NCBI GenBank assembly: GCA_976226885.1
Contig: OZ320321.1
Coordinates: forward strand, 21,576,001 to 21,640,000
Length of the DNA: 64,000 bases
Direction: 5' to 3'
DNA from: Iphione sp. A-MEVVRFRX5
Lineage: Eukaryota
Shown here: positions 23,631 through 38,774 of the stretch, piece by piece
How positions within the stretch are numbered: position 1 is the first letter of the stretch
How the letters are laid out: each line of letters begins with the position of its first letter
Translations under genes and position numbers: made by a program
Notes under the pieces: model-generated
The model's database searches: none
What the model saw: the letters and a program-made list of their open reading frames with translations, nothing else
Told to the model about the DNA's origin: nothing

Positions 23631-25664
23631 CTAATTAACTGACTGCCCTTTTATGTCATAATGACGTTGTGGTAGTTGATCCCTCTGCAGGAACCAGCAG
23701 AAAGTAACCAACATGGAAGTGATGCTACAACAATGTTTACATTCTGTTAGTTAGACCGGTATCTCTGCTACGGTAGCTTCATCCTAACAAACAAAACAAT
23801 CGGTTGATTGCACACATTCAGGTAGGGACTTAGAAAAATCTAAAAGAGTGCAGAGCTTTTCGTACTACATGTACAAAAACTTATCCCAGTTTCAATAAGG
23901 GTGTTGTTTTGACAGGAATACATAAGGTTGGAGGGAAACACAGCTAGGAATATCCCAAATTGAGAAAGGCAGCGGAAGGCAGGAGCTAGATAACGGAAGA
24001 ACGAGGAGCATGCAGACAAACACCTGAACAGAGACAGTGAAAAAAATCAGAACAAAGACATGATGGGCAGAAACATATAGACGCTATGCTGGACAGACAA
24101 GAAACACGATGCTTGGCCAGTAGCCTACCACCTCATTTGTATATTGATCCATTTCCTTACGGGAGACTCCATCTGCCCATGTGTCACCGCGACCTTTACT
24201 TCCAATTTCTTCATTCCCCATTCCCCATCCCACTGTCACTCGCACGTACGAATCCCCACCCTCCCGTCGAAGCAACCGCGGGTCTCAAGGGAACCATCTG
24301 TTTTTTTTTTCTTCCTCACCGGTCGACCGAAAGTAAAACGAAAAAAATTGTTTTCTTCGCAGGAAAATCATATTATTGATATTTCATTCCATGCGAGCCT
24401 TTCTCGAGACACTTCTGAAGAGGACGGTGGTGAGCTACACGGGGGGAGTATTTATGGGTCTCTGCATCGTCTAGGTCGGCCGTAAGCGTGTCATCGGTCA
24501 GCAGGACGGTGAAAGGCCGACGTGACATCTGCAGGGGAAGGGCGCCCGTTATACTAGCCTCGCGTTCCAACGGGTCACTTGCAAGGGAAGTAGGCGACAA
24601 TTCCCTCTAACTGTCGCACTATATGTTGCATCATCACTACCGGGCTATTGTGGCAGGTACGTGTCTATTTTTGTTCCTTTTCTTCCGGCTACGGTGCAGG
24701 TTTGGGCGAAAATATGGAGAACGAAAATAAAGAAAATCTTTGAAGTGTTTTATCTTTATGTTTAAGGTTAAAAAGATGATCGAGACAGAAACATAGAGAA
24801 ACAGAACGTCAGAAAGGTAAAAAAAATGAAAACGACTCATAGGTATTGGTACTGTATCCAGAAATTCTACACAAATAGGACATTTTCAAGGTTAAGCACT
24901 ATTTTTAAGCATCCCGCGGGATTTTTTTGTAAACAGACACTAGAAAACCACGTCCATCAGTCGGTTCCCCATTTAACCGGGGCCAAATACGAGTTGCGAA
25001 TCCTCATGCTTTCAAACCATCTTTAGCCAATCAGAATAAAGCTTCCAGACTAGCAGTAGGTAGAGGGACCGGTCATGGAAAGAGACTTGGTTGGGAGCCA
25101 TCGGTTCCACCCTACCTCCACTAGTACTGTAGGCACTATAATTAACACTCCCCAAGCCCAGAGTTCCTATACACTGATAAATGTCCTGCCCAACCCCCTC
25201 CAGGGGCCCCCAACACCGCTTGACTCATAATAGCCCTGAAGCAATCGATATTAATCTGGACTCGGCGGGGGATCGTGGGGCCCCATGTGGGGGATTGGGG
25301 GTCGGTCCCTTTTAGGGAGGTCCATCCGGGTAATTGTCCACGTGACACGCTGTATTTACATACGTCGCCTGGTGGCATCAGTCTGAATTACTCCCACTAC
25401 CGGAAGTTGCCTCCGACGCTGCGCCTGTCTGTTTGTACCGCTCTCACTTGGGACACTCACTCACTGCCGCGCCCTCATTGATTCACGCCCGCGTACCAAA
25501 GCGCGTATTTACTTCCCCATCTCGCCGTACTAATCAATGGTCCTATTCTAAGAATCTCAGGAAAATTTGATCTTCCTAATTCTTACCCCGGTCGTCTTTA
25601 CTTTCAATGCACTGGAAAGGCTTACCCTGTTGCACTGCGAACGTCTTGCGATGAAAATCCCCCC

Positions 25665-25665
<1 letters not shown>

Positions 25666-25746
<81 letters not shown>

Positions 25747-25748
25747 CT
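25666..25748. repeat. Compound (CT)n(ATCT)n microsatellite
   Basis: Directly visible. Confidence 0.98.
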
Positions 25749-27929
25749 GCATCATCTTTATAAAGACCCTTCTCTCTTCCTCCTGACAAATGTGTGGTAT
25801 ATCAGCAATTTTTTAAATATCAATCCTGTATCTTGAAGTATAATGTCTTATTTATCAGATCCATGAAAGGCGTATGTATGCCCAATACACTTTGAATATT
25901 TAAAAGAACACTGGGGTTAGCTGCCATAACCAATATGCATATTTGCACTGCTTTAATTCTGCATATCCATACATGAAGTAATTCTTAATTAGGTCATTGC
26001 ATATATACTGTCTAAATGAAAAATGATGAAAACTTGTATAGATTGGTATACGTAGACATTAGCGAATTTTGACAGCTAAATTCACAACATTTTATACTCA
26101 CCAACCCACTATGTTTGACGGTTACTGCACCCACATGACCTCGCTAAGCATAACCCTAATCACATACCACTTTACCGATAGCCAATAGCGTATGAAAAGC
26201 TTGAAGACCACGTTTCTAGAGCTTTCCTACCCCCTCCACCCTTCAAAAATGGCTGCGCAGGACAGGTAAATTGTTTTGGAGCGCAGCGTGGGAAACGATC
26301 ACATAGACAAAGAAAAAGGTAGCTCAGTCAACGACCGGTGCCATAATTATGTGCAATCAACGTTCCCTAACTGTAGGTTCTGGTATCATTTTGTGTATTG
26401 ATATTAGCGCGCAAGGGTAGAGAGTTTGACGGGAAGCTATAGAAGGCAATAGCAAAATGAACAACTCTCTATTTTTACTTACATGATACTGACAAGTCAA
26501 ATCATATGTGGTTACGTATTTGTTCTGTACAATCTGATAACTAAATAGTGTGGTCTCCATGGCTTTCACATCAGGCGCTCCGCTTGCAGGAGCCACTTAA
26601 ACCTCTCATGGATCGTGATGCTAAATCCTTTAAACTACATGGAGAAGACATGATATTTGAACCCCTTACAGTCGAAAGTCTCGCTTTTGTGACATACTGT
26701 TTGAAGGTTATGATGCCCCCTTGATCTGGAGATTAACCTTAATAGTGGTACCAACAGAGCTTTGAGCTTAAGGGGCAAGCCCTGCTAATAGGTCACTGGG
26801 TACACGTGCTGGCCCTGGCCACATATATAAGCAAGCACCTAAAATAGATGGACACATGCAGACAGGCAAAAAACAGCAGATACATATGTACATACCTGGG
26901 CATATATTCTTGTATTGCCACACAGATCAATGCACACTGTTCCAAGCATGCATTCCTAGGCATAGGTAACCATGCACATGCTCTGTGACCCGTCCGTGCC
27001 AACATATTACACTCTGAGACAGTCTAGGTGGAAGACATACACATTTTGTCTTTAATCCAGGACGTATATGGAACTTTTGTTTGCGAGATACTCTCGATCT
27101 TAGAATATAACGGATATTTACACGTATATAAAATATACATATTTTTGAGGCATCGTAGCTTACAACGCCTAGAGGTAACAACATTCTCTTCTCAAACATG
27201 CACCCACCTTCCACACCTTAAGTAGCACCACAGCTTCATTAGAGACGGGTTGCTCGATGCCGAGCGTATTTATGACAAGCTAAGAAAATGATAAACGTTG
27301 GTCAAAACTACTAGACGCAGGACAACAATGAATGGGTGTTATATGGAAGATTAACCCTTCAGGCTTCTATTTCTAGAAGCCCCTAAGCCGCCGCCTCCTC
27401 CTTAACCCTCCGCCCCCTGGAATCTACTTGATGACTGCACCTGCAACCAAACGTCCCTGAACCTTCCAGTACTCCGAGATGAAAGGCTCCAGGTTAAAAT
27501 GACTGCTGCCTCTTGGGTCGTCAAGCGAGTGAAATCTGGAGCCAGAAATGTTTGATCTCACACCGCCAAATGTTGGCAGGCACTCCTTGCTCTCGAAGAA
27601 ATACATTCGAAACTAATACGTGGTAGTATTGCTTCTTATATGATAATCGAGAATAAAAGAAACATCGTCCCAGTGGTCTCATGTGAGGACTATATTAATA
27701 TATCAACTACAATAGTCTCCTCATCTGGACAGCAAGTGGACTGCCCCATAAACTGTCCATAGTACGAGTTGTCTTGTTCTGCAGTTTACAACCGAAGGCA
27801 AGTCAAGGCGCACTCTTAGACAGCTTCTTGACACATTGGACTGCAGAAGGTGCGTTCAAGTCTGGCCTTCACCAACTAAGGGTTATTAAGGTCGCTAAAG
27901 GTTATGGACCACATTGACAATAATGTTTT

Positions 27930-28160
27930 TAATCATTTGCTTTATGCCACAATGCTAAGCTTATCAAAAAATGTTTGAAAATTATCAAGTTGGTGGTTTG
28001 GACCTGTGATCGATGATAAATGGTTACGAGTCGGTGGATCATTACATTGATCACCTCAGAACTTGTTCCCGTTTCTTGATATAAATAACATATCGGCTGG
28101 TGAAGGTACTATTAGATCAAAGAACGCCTTTGATGTGGCATTATACAGCGTCAGGTATCC
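27930..28160 (+). mobile_element. Decayed RT fragment
   Basis: VLLDQ..AFDV with a frameshift (compare LD.SKAFD). Confidence 0.3.
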
Positions 28161-31069
28161 TATGAGGCCACGAATGTATCTTGTAAGGTAAAAGAATACA
28201 AACATGCCTACATTTTATGGGCGTTTATGTTAGAGGATTGCATTCAAACGCATTGGAAGCAACAACGGAGCCTTCGCCCGAGCACATTTTTCATATACTA
28301 CTATGTTCATCTCCTACGCCTGACGCCACGCCAAGTGAAGGCAACTTTGGTACTCTGGTACCCCCACGTGGTGTTACGGAGCCCTTCTAGTGCTTTTCAA
28401 CGTCCCACGATCACCCGTCATCATATTAGATACTTGTACTCGTAATGGGTCTTTGGACTTGATTAGCAACATGGTGTGATTACCGTTTTCAATATCTGGA
28501 AGGCTAAACAATAAGTTCCGTGTGAAACACAGTTGCTTGAGTTGAGTCTTTTTTTTTTTTTTTTACAAAGAATACTAGTGCCAGAACGACATTCGTCTTT
28601 TGTTTTAACACGGTTTAAACAGTGTGATTAATTCATTGTATTTCTTGTAATCAATTTCCAAACTGTACATCTGTGTGTTCTAGGTATACTTGGCTCGAAC
28701 GGCACGATTTCTTAGATTGCAGTGGAGAATATGGCTAGAATTAACAGAGCCTCCTTTGCCAATAAAGGCAGATAACTTTGCGCCAAGAAAGAGAAAAACT
28801 CTTGTAATTCTCATTTTCTAATACTCTCCGTCCATGTTGATTTCGATGACCCGAAGTCGTTCTTCCAACATTTCCGGACAAATAAATTCGAGTAATCAAA
28901 TGCATGACAAAGGAATTGAGTCACAGCCAGAAACAGAGAAACCTCCTTGTAAATTTTTTGACTCCAAAAGTTTCAATAATCATGAGCCAGTGATGACATG
29001 AAGTACAATGAAGTAATGTAGATTTTTATTCAGTGCTCTCCCTGTAATTATTACAAACCCTGAGCACTCACTGCATGAAGCTTAGTAATGCAAGCTCTAC
29101 ACTATGGGAACAAGTATGGTTTGTCTCGTTCGTGTATGCATTAGATATTTTTTATCCAATATTTTGCAACAAATAAAGCAAACGTTTCTTTTCTTCAACA
29201 GTGACATAATGATACTATCGACAGCCCTTCCTTAGTCTGGGAATGTCAATTAGTAAAACAGAGCCAGAGCCTTACAAGCGGTCGCTTACAAGACTAAGCC
29301 CTTACATAAACCCGACTCCAAATGCAGACCCTGTCAAAGCAGAGGAAGGTCAAGTAGGGGTTAAAATTACGATGAAGCGTATACCTCTATACGTACACAC
29401 ATACATGCATACATGTACCTGTATACGTACATACATACGTGCATACATATATGCATGAGCGATATACAAGTGTAAATTTAGATGCCATGTCCTCATTTAA
29501 TTTTACCAGGTTCACTCGGAGGCGTGCGTTTGGTAGATGGCCGCCTTTGTAAATGTCCGACTTGTACGGCCGAGCCAATTGACAGTCGTGGCCACCTTGG
29601 CAATGGATGTATTGCTCAATCAAAGGAGCATCCACTTTGCGTTGAGGGTTAAGTGAGCAAATTTCACATGACACCGAGCTTGTCCCTGTCGAGACCTTTA
29701 GATTAGAGGCTTGGTGTTATTTCCTCGAGAATGAATCCAAAATGTAATGGAAAATTGCACTTCTCCCATCCCCAGAACCTTCTGCCTGATCCATTCAGAT
29801 TTGTCCCTGTCTAGTTCAGAAGAATCTCATCAAACTTGTTTAAGAAAGCTAAGGTGGGTAATTACTTCCGGAGTGGTCCACTTGGGTAACCTTCATGAAT
29901 TTTTCTTATATAGAATGCAGGCTGTGCCCGGGAGAAAGGTTGAATACATAGCAATTATGAAAATTGAAATAAGTCAAAAAATAATCTGTTGTTCACGTTA
30001 CAATTACAAAAATGCATTCCAAGCATGCTCAACGAAATATGTTTTTTTCAATAGCGCCATATCTATCAATAGAAAGACATACTCCCAATCCAAGAATGAA
30101 TAAACATATCCACATCCATCAGTAGAAAGTCCTTTATGTAGTAGATCGCAGGACCTTCTGTGGGTCAGATAAAAACGGTTTATTTAACAGTCGGTGGGGA
30201 ATTTGTCGAGACTCAATGATATGATCAAAGTGCAGACATGCACCAGCAAACACCTTCCTCCACTTTCATATTACAAATGTTTTCTGACATTTGCCGTCCT
30301 AGGTCGGTCAGGACTACAGGGATCATTTTTGTTCTCTGTCTCCCCTGTACAGTTCGTTTTCAAGAAGATGGATGGGTGACAGGCTTTCCTTCTGGAAATG
30401 AATGAATATTGATCCAGAAGGCGACCTGCTACTATGAGGATGGGGGGGATGTCATTAACATATTGTAAAATTTACACTCCTGAGCATCCCGATCCTTTCT
30501 TGTCGTGTTAGTAGTACCTTTAAGTTAAGGCCCTCAACGAGAAAAGTATTCTGTGTTCAGAATATTTTGTTCAGTCTAGATTTTTATGTTAAACATCGAA
30601 AAAACAGTGATAGAAATCAGCTGTTCGCCTCATTTCGACTGTGACACGATGTAATTTGGACTTACATTTTATGTTTCCCTAGCTTCCAGTTAGTTCAGTG
30701 TCCCCATGGATAAATATGTTTATTAGTGTGTGTAGCATTCATTAAGGATGTGTTTTAGTCTCTGAAGAGAAAATTTGGCCTTGAAAGGAGTAAATAAAGT
30801 GGAGCTCTGACATATAAAACCTGATGCGCTGGGACTTTAACCTAGGCAAGTACAACAGCTTTAGATGATTTTGCTTGGAGCAATGGGACTCAACCATTGA
30901 AAGATGGGTGTATATCCCATAATTATAGTCCTCTTCAACAATCGATTAACACAATATGAACGGCTTTCATAATACCATCTACGTAGATATATATATGTAT
31001 ACATAAATCTCAAAAGAATAAATTGTGATAGGAGTAATGTAAGGCCTGATTATATGACGCATGACCGAC

Positions 31070-31250
31070 TCACCGGCGTAACAACGCTTTCAAAATAATC
31101 TTCAAACCATGAATGACACAGTTGATACAATAGTGTACTGCCATATGAAGCAAAAAACGCTTGCTCAAGTAGGTAAGACTTGAAATACAGCACATACAGT
31201 CTCATTATAGTCAGCATCGTATTCAGACGCATCCGTTATCTGTTATCATG
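31070..31250 (-). mobile_element. Possible decayed hAT transposase fragment (alternatively a host exon)
   Basis: ITDNG followed about 37 codons later by CVIHGLKI in the same, stop-interrupted frame (hAT TD.. / CxxH motifs). Confidence 0.3.
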
Positions 31251-33639
31251 GTGGAAAAGCGCCACCCTCCATTGTGTTCACCACTAACATCCGGGTAGTA
31301 CTCGGGGCTTTCCGCGAATGCCTGTTGGTAATCTGACAAATGAGAAATACAAATTAGAGGTGCTCTCTAGTACGCAATCCTCCCGAAAGCCTTTTGTCAA
31401 TTTCCACATTCCAGCGTAGGCAGCAGCTGTGCACAATATGCAGCAAATACCAAATCGACGCTTTTAGGAAGGGTGCTCGGGGAGGTCCAATTTCTGTTTG
31501 CATACGGTAGGGAACCCCTATAGTAGAACTGAAGGAAATGTTGCCACATTTTTATTTTACCTTTACAATGAAAAAAAACCAATCATTTCTTTTATACGTG
31601 TTTACACAGGTTTGTTTCCCATTTTGTCTAAGTACGACAGTCCATGACACGATGGGTATGATACAAGATGACCCATATGTGACAACCCATATCGACTACA
31701 CTGCAAAATTATTCATCAGCCATCGCTACTGTGAAGTAACTATGTTCCCTAATGGGATTTGGTGGCGTTATCCCACGCATTATATAGCCCCATCTCAAGT
31801 TGCGCATTAATGCAATTTGACATTTTTCAGTGAGTCGTAGATGAATTTGTCGCCGAAACTTCATGGGTATGTGTCTGATGACTCTGATAACATAATTTGT
31901 TAATGTTTAGAAGAAAATGGATGTATCCCTGGATCATATGCTCTGTTGTCAAGCAAACGTAACTGTCATTTTCGCTTTTAGAAAGTCACACATTAGCGAG
32001 TACCTTGCCACTTCAGCTTTGTCATTTCATTGGGTCTAGGTTAGTAATGCACCCACCTTTCAGTTCTGCCACGTCAGCAAATTTACCTCATTAACTCAGC
32101 CTTAACTTCGGCTGTGGTAATTCACTGGATCTATGACAAAAAATCTATCCAACTTTAACTATGCCATTTTACTACATAAACCTTACCCTGTCAAAAACAT
32201 TAGTTCTGCCTCCTGATCAGATTAACCTCATTAAGGAGTCCATTTTCATGTAGCGTGCATGTTTTTTTTCATTCTAAAAATAAGGATTATTTATAGGGTA
32301 CATTAGCAACAAGAAGCCAAAACGCTTGACTAAACTACACCGTTCCGTATATCGCGAAAGCTCTGAAACGGACAAAAGAGGACATTTTGAGCAGTGCCTG
32401 TCTCGAGCTTCGTGAAATAGGCAGACCAATTACACAGTCCACCACAACATGAATCTACCTCCCTGGTAGAAGAGAATGTCGCTTACCCTCTGACAGATAC
32501 CTCACGTTATCAAACTATGAGCAGCCACTCGAGCTGAAGGAAGCTGAGGGGCCTAGGCGACTTGACGTAGCTGTGGGTCACCTGCGGTGTTTCTCACTCC
32601 AGAGTTGAGTTGATATCAAATACAGAAGCACTTCGTATTGCATCACGATAGAAAAGATGTCCGGACTATAAATAGAGAAGCGAGAGGGAGGGAATCTTTA
32701 CATAGTAGCCCCGGGACCACCACTGAGGCAATCCGAGCAAATGTGAGCTACTCTCTGCAATGCATTCGCGAGTAGCTGCTCTGATGAAGGGACCTGCAAT
32801 GGTTGGGCCCTTGGTCGGGATGTCCGACTGGCCTGGGTCATCGGCCTACCTGATCTGAATTCTAACGTGAGGTGGAGGGAAGGCGGGTGGGACCACCGTA
32901 AATTGCTCACCTGCGCTCTTCATGGCCTCGTCTAATGCTCACTGGTTAACATTATACGTAATTCCTTACATTACTGTATTGACTAAATACATTGTCCATA
33001 CGTTTATGTTGCTTTGGCTTTGTTAGAGTAAGATTGAAAAGATATATTCATTATGATAACAATTGCCAAAAAACGAGAGAGGACTGAATGTTGACTGAAT
33101 TGGTTCACATTATAAGGTCCACATTGCTCTCATAGCTTCGCCTCACAAGTTTTAGTTCTGTATATATATAGATTTGCAATTTCAATTGTAAATGATATGT
33201 AAAATATAATCTTGAAAGATCACACTTACCACACGAATTAGGGGTTAGACACAATTTGAGGCTTTATTCAATAAACAAAGAAAACAATTCATTCTTAACG
33301 GCGGTTACAATGAAATACATTCCATACTAAACAAGGTGACACAGTGTCATCACCCTCTGTTGGTATGTTGACTACATGACAGAGAGATGCAGCAGGTCGT
33401 TCCCATACCAATACCCAAATAAATGCCTTATTTTGGATATATACACTTGTATTATCCCTGTAATCTGGACAATAAACCGAAGATGTGACATTACTGAGTG
33501 TGTGGATCAAGGGATTCTGGTGCATGTATATTGATAATGATGAGGACAACGGCATCGCCAACATACAGAATGACCATGCTCAAGGTCACGGTGCAGTTAG
33601 GAGGGTCGCCAAAACTCCCTGTTTATATAGAGGAAAGTG

Positions 33640-34440
33640 GTGGTGAATTTTACATCTACTTTTGAACCTAAGTGTATAGAATATGCACTGAATACAAAGA
33701 TAACATCAGAGGAATTACTCAGCAGGGCCCAGATGAAAACTGCAGGAATTATGTTATTGGTGTGTTCCTTGATTATTCAAAAGCATTGGACTCAGGCAAC
33801 CACTACATCTCCTGAAGAAATTTGAAAAATATTGGAGTGAAAGATTGCTAGTATGGTTTGGAAATTATCTGTCAGGAAGAATACAGCAAGTACTTGCCAA
33901 CAGTACAACATCAACACTTACAAAGATCACATGTTGAGTGCCCCAGGGTAACATACTCTAGGTTTGCTACTATTCTTAATCTACATCAATGGTCTAGCTG
34001 AGTGGAATCTAAATTCAAAACTGTCCATGTATGTGGATGATACAGACATTGTTTTAGTGACCCAAGCACTGAGACGTATTTAAAGAAATCCAGAATGACC
34101 TAGATAAGTTCAATGGGTTGTGTGAAACCAACGAAATTTATGTAAATGCATCAGAAACCAAATGTATGTTATTCACTAAGACATAACCAAACATTGAAGC
34201 CTCTAATGTTTTGATAAACAATGAGGTTATTAAAACTATAGTAACAAAAAATCACCTAGGTATCACAATCGATGACAGACTAATTGCAATACCAAGTAAT
34301 GTAATATATTCAACACACTAAGGCATATGAATTATTTGTTGAAATTCAGTGTTAGATACTGAACACTATAATCACTGGAAAAGTCTTAAATAGTATAATG
34401 GAACCTATAATAAGTAGGCCTAACAGTTATGTGGTTGTCA
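33640..34440 (+). mobile_element. Decayed CR1/L2 LINE reverse transcriptase
   Basis: IGVFLDYSKALD (33756), WFGNYLSGRIQQV, VPQG (33938), LLLFLIYINGL, MYVDDT (34030), HLGITIDD (34253); several stops and frameshifts. Confidence 0.9.
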
Positions 34441-37400
34441 CCAGTTCAAATGGACGTTTCTGATACAAGCTGAAAAAGGCATTCGTACACTTGCATTCGT
34501 ACACTTGCACATAATAGAGTCCTTCAGGGGATATTATTTATCAGCCTCGGGAAGAACACGGAAAGATTTGTCGATGAATCTAATATGCTTGCCTTCCTCT
34601 TAAAATGAAACATTTGAGAGTGCTTTCCGTCTGACATTCACAACAGCAGAAAACGCCAAAGCGTTTTAAAGAATTTATAAGCAAAAAGCTTACAAAAGTT
34701 ACTTTCTTGGCTTACTACAAAGCATGATGCTCTTCGATGAGCCCACATGAAATGCGCCATTTGAATGCTTAAATACCTTATGCTTGTGGCTTCCTAAAAG
34801 GAAAACTTTTCCGAACTAGGCTCTAGTATTGAAAAGAAGTGCTACCTAGAAATTGTCGCAAGTACAAAGTAACCGTACAACTCTCAATATCTACAGGCGA
34901 TTTTGACATTCTGACTGACAAACTTAATCAAAGCTGAAACTAGAGTGCTAGTTTTAATATATCACCCCAGACAAGTAAGCACCCTGTCGAGTGTACGAAA
35001 GACAGCAAGAAAGACATCATGATGTCTTATATTTCATTTAAAAAACACACTAAAGTGGAAGGAAATGATTCTCAAACGAAGTATACGTGCTATTGGACAA
35101 GTAAATATGCATAAATAACAGCTGACAGGTGATGAAACATTGATAGGAGCAATGCAATGATCAGAAAGCGATAGCAGAACTAGAACCAGAACACATACAT
35201 CGTGCAATATTTGTGCACTGCAGTTGTTTATACAACTGGTCCCCGATATTAAGGTTAAAAATACCTACAACGATGACTAACGGTCATAGAATGCCTCATA
35301 CCATTTTACCAAAAAAATAACCATATGAGCACGTGTTTGGCTGCCAAGCAGTCCTTTCATATTTACTTGATATTTTTGTTAGTCTCTATACTACCGTATT
35401 TCACGTTAACTTGTGAAATCTTCTTTAACTTTCCAACAGAAGTACATTTTGTTATGGCATTTGTTGTGCCCTCTGCACTATGCTCAAATATGCACGATAA
35501 AAGTTGCTCTATGAAGAACGGGTCCTTTTTACTCCCTGCATTCCAACGGGCCACTATAATGTATCCTTTCTGTAGCAACATTTTAAACCAAATTAGGAAA
35601 CGTTGCCCGTGTTTCAGGCAAAATAGTGAATGCAATATCGAGCAACAAAGAGTCAGAGATGAAGAGATCGATCTGCGCTACCTGTAAGGACGCGTGCAAC
35701 AATGGATAGAAAAATTAAGTTAAGCTAAATTCATGTAGGCGCTTTATACCGCATATTTCTTAACTATCAATACATGGCTGCCAAGGCCTGCCTATGCACG
35801 TTTCTGTCTGCATCCCATGGTGGCATGTACCTTAGCTGAGCTCTGATCTCTTTGAAGTCGGCCCGTCCCATTAGTCAGTATGGATTACTGCATGTACAGA
35901 TGAAATTTGTAAGAATTTGAAAGAAGCCAATATTTAGTGAGAACGGTTGAAGGTAAACTCTCCATGCGTCCTCCTTTTATCTGGCCTCATTTGCTTCTGT
36001 CTGTTAATATTAAGCCTGTGTGTCTCGTTCGTTATAGGACTTGCTTGTCCGGCTCACTATGTGTGGGCTCTCATGTATGTAAAGACACTGTCACCTGACC
36101 CCTTCTCATTACGTCTCCATATCTTGATCATAGTCCTGACCCCTATCAGTATGACCTCCTGACGTGACCCTTCAAGGTGACCTTATTACTTTGACATTCA
36201 GGTTTGGGGCTCAAGGATAACCGATGCGCATACTACCTGGGCTCATTAAACTTGCAGATGGCCGCTATAGTTAGTCCTCTAGCAGGTCACGTGGTATAGG
36301 CACAGGCGTAGGCTGGTTATATCCGGTCTCAACCGGTCAAGGCACGATAAGATGAAAGGAGTGTGTGGTGCAAGGAGATTGGCATATTTGTGATTTTCGT
36401 CTATAGCGATCATTTAGAGGAGGAGGAGGCAAATATCGTTCTTCCGCTCTTTAACACACGGTTCGATGGTCTCATAGGTGTATTTATGCTTCTCTTACCC
36501 ACATCAAAGTTATGGATGTATTGGTAATACCTCGACCGCTGACAAAACATGCTGCAGGTGTAATGTGTTAACACTCACCAAACCAGCGTGCGCTGACAAA
36601 GATTACAGAGGGAAATTCAGGCTTTCTCACACAGGACCTCATTGGCAAATACATACACAGTCATCAGTATTCTTGATTCTACCTCCCCCCCCTCAACCCA
36701 TCACACACCCTCCTCTATAATAGTGACATCGTAGCTTGATGCCGTGCACATTAATTTTATGTCCATCACCTTTTGGTCGTTTTCGTAGGGTTCTTCCGAG
36801 TAAAAGATGGTAGAGATGCATCCTAATCTTAACGCTAGCGATGAAGTCTTTTTCCTCATTTCGAATGAGAAAGTTTATAACTTCTTTGGGGGTCAACATG
36901 TAAAATGGAAATACTCTGCTGTGACCTACTGGACAGTTCCACTGTCGAGATGCGAGATACCAATAGCAACCCTTACATTAGATTATTTTTCATACAGGAA
37001 TTACATCGTAGAGTCATAAAACCAACTTACCCACCCAACTCTCCTCGCACTCACGCGCAAACCGGCCCATAGCCGGCAACTTCTTGGAAAACTGGGGGAA
37101 TATCTGCTGCAGTTCTCCATATCACAGAGAAGCCCCCCCCTTCCCCCACACACTTTTAACGTTGCATGAGACTCGGTCATAAGCACAGGTACTTTCACCT
37201 TGATGGAGACATACTGAATGACATGCGCCATGTCTACCCGACATAACGAAAACGCCAAGGCATGCCATGACTCATTTACAGGCTGCAGCTACAGACACAC
37301 ACACGTACAGTTTGACCGGCTCCTAGATCTACGCGCCGAAAGGGACTCCTTCGTGCCCTCCAAATGGAGTCTGTCAAATTATGAGCATATCACATCAAAG

Positions 37401-38774
37401 ATGATTACATGCATGGAGACGTTATGCTTTCATTTATACGACTGTCGCTAACACGAGTTGAGGCCGATGTCTCTTTTTCATTCCTTATCGATTTCCAATT
37501 AATTATTGCCGAATTAATAAAGGAATATTGTACTTTTAGCCAGAGAACTTAGCTCTGTTTTTGTTTTTTTTGTGGTTTCATACAACTCATCCCGTTTTAA
37601 TAAAATTCAAATAATCCGTCAAGAAAATAAGCTGTGTATACAAAGAGAGGACTGATAAGAGTGACATGCCTGAGACGTGAGAGGCTAGATCCTCCCTAGA
37701 TCGCCTCCATGGAACCTACTACAGAGGACAAAATAATTAATTATTTCGTGTTGGATTTTATAAGGGAGAAATGTGGGTATCGGGTTGCGCATGTCTTGGT
37801 TGTCGGCACAGATCCCTAGTCCATCTGTCAAGGGGGCCGGGCTTTGTAAGGACCTCCACCTCGCGGTGAGCGATGGACACAGTCGATCACGTGACATTGA
37901 TTGATAGCGGGACAGCCTAGCGACCTAAAACATAGAGACGCAGATCCGCCATAACGAAAGTATTGTAATGCTACTTGAAGCGATGTTATGATATTATTCG
38001 GTATTATTTCGTATCAGTGTGTAGATCTACATTATACTATCTAGTTTTTCAAACACTTTCTCTGGTGATAACCCCAAAATGGAGAGCAAAATATTATTTC
38101 GGTGGCGTTCTTAATCTTGGACTAATAGTTGATGCCATGCTTTGGTACCAGTACGAAAATAGGTATTCTTTCAAAAACTCTTCTTCACCAAATATCCAGA
38201 ACAGAACATATAAACCTATAATTATAATCCCTTATATTCGGGTTACATTTCCAGTGAGTCTTGAGTATCAATTATAAATTTCAAAATGAATTCCAAGCAC
38301 ACAATATGGTTGCTTCCTGTTTCACCTAAGGACCACGTGTATAACTCATCTTTTTTTAAAGGAAAGTTGTTTTATGCTTCAGACATAGTCTCCTCATTTA
38401 TGTTCATTAAGACACCAGTTCTGACAGCCATTAGTTTTAAGAGCTACTGGTATAAGACCATGTATGTAAAATAAAACACAGCCGCCATGCCTCACTTAGC
38501 TCCCTACATTGTCTACGTGCAGGATTTTAAATGCGACATTTTTTATTGAGTGGAGAGAAATGACCTTCTTTCAGGTACGCACACGAGGTAGACAAACAAT
38601 ATACAAACGCATCAGTTACTTTCATCCATAAGCACCACCGACCAATAACACACGAGCTATACAGATCAGCCACACGCAGAGCACGTGTAGAAAACCAACA
38701 CATGGTAGTTCCACTCACCTACGACTGCAACAATCAACACATCATGATCTCTGCCTTACATTCCAATCTGCTTA

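Noticed and set aside
26249-26265. AAAATGGCTGCGCAGGACAG|gtaaat as a first coding exon
   Set aside because: Only five codons; it cannot be linked to any downstream exon.
26357-26596. YDLTCQY resembling a KDZ transposase motif
   Set aside because: A single short motif with no supporting upstream or downstream motifs.
29500-29650. GVRLVDG resembling the start of an SRCR domain
   Set aside because: Lacks the following GRVEV and Cys pattern; other frames look equally like a LINE remnant.
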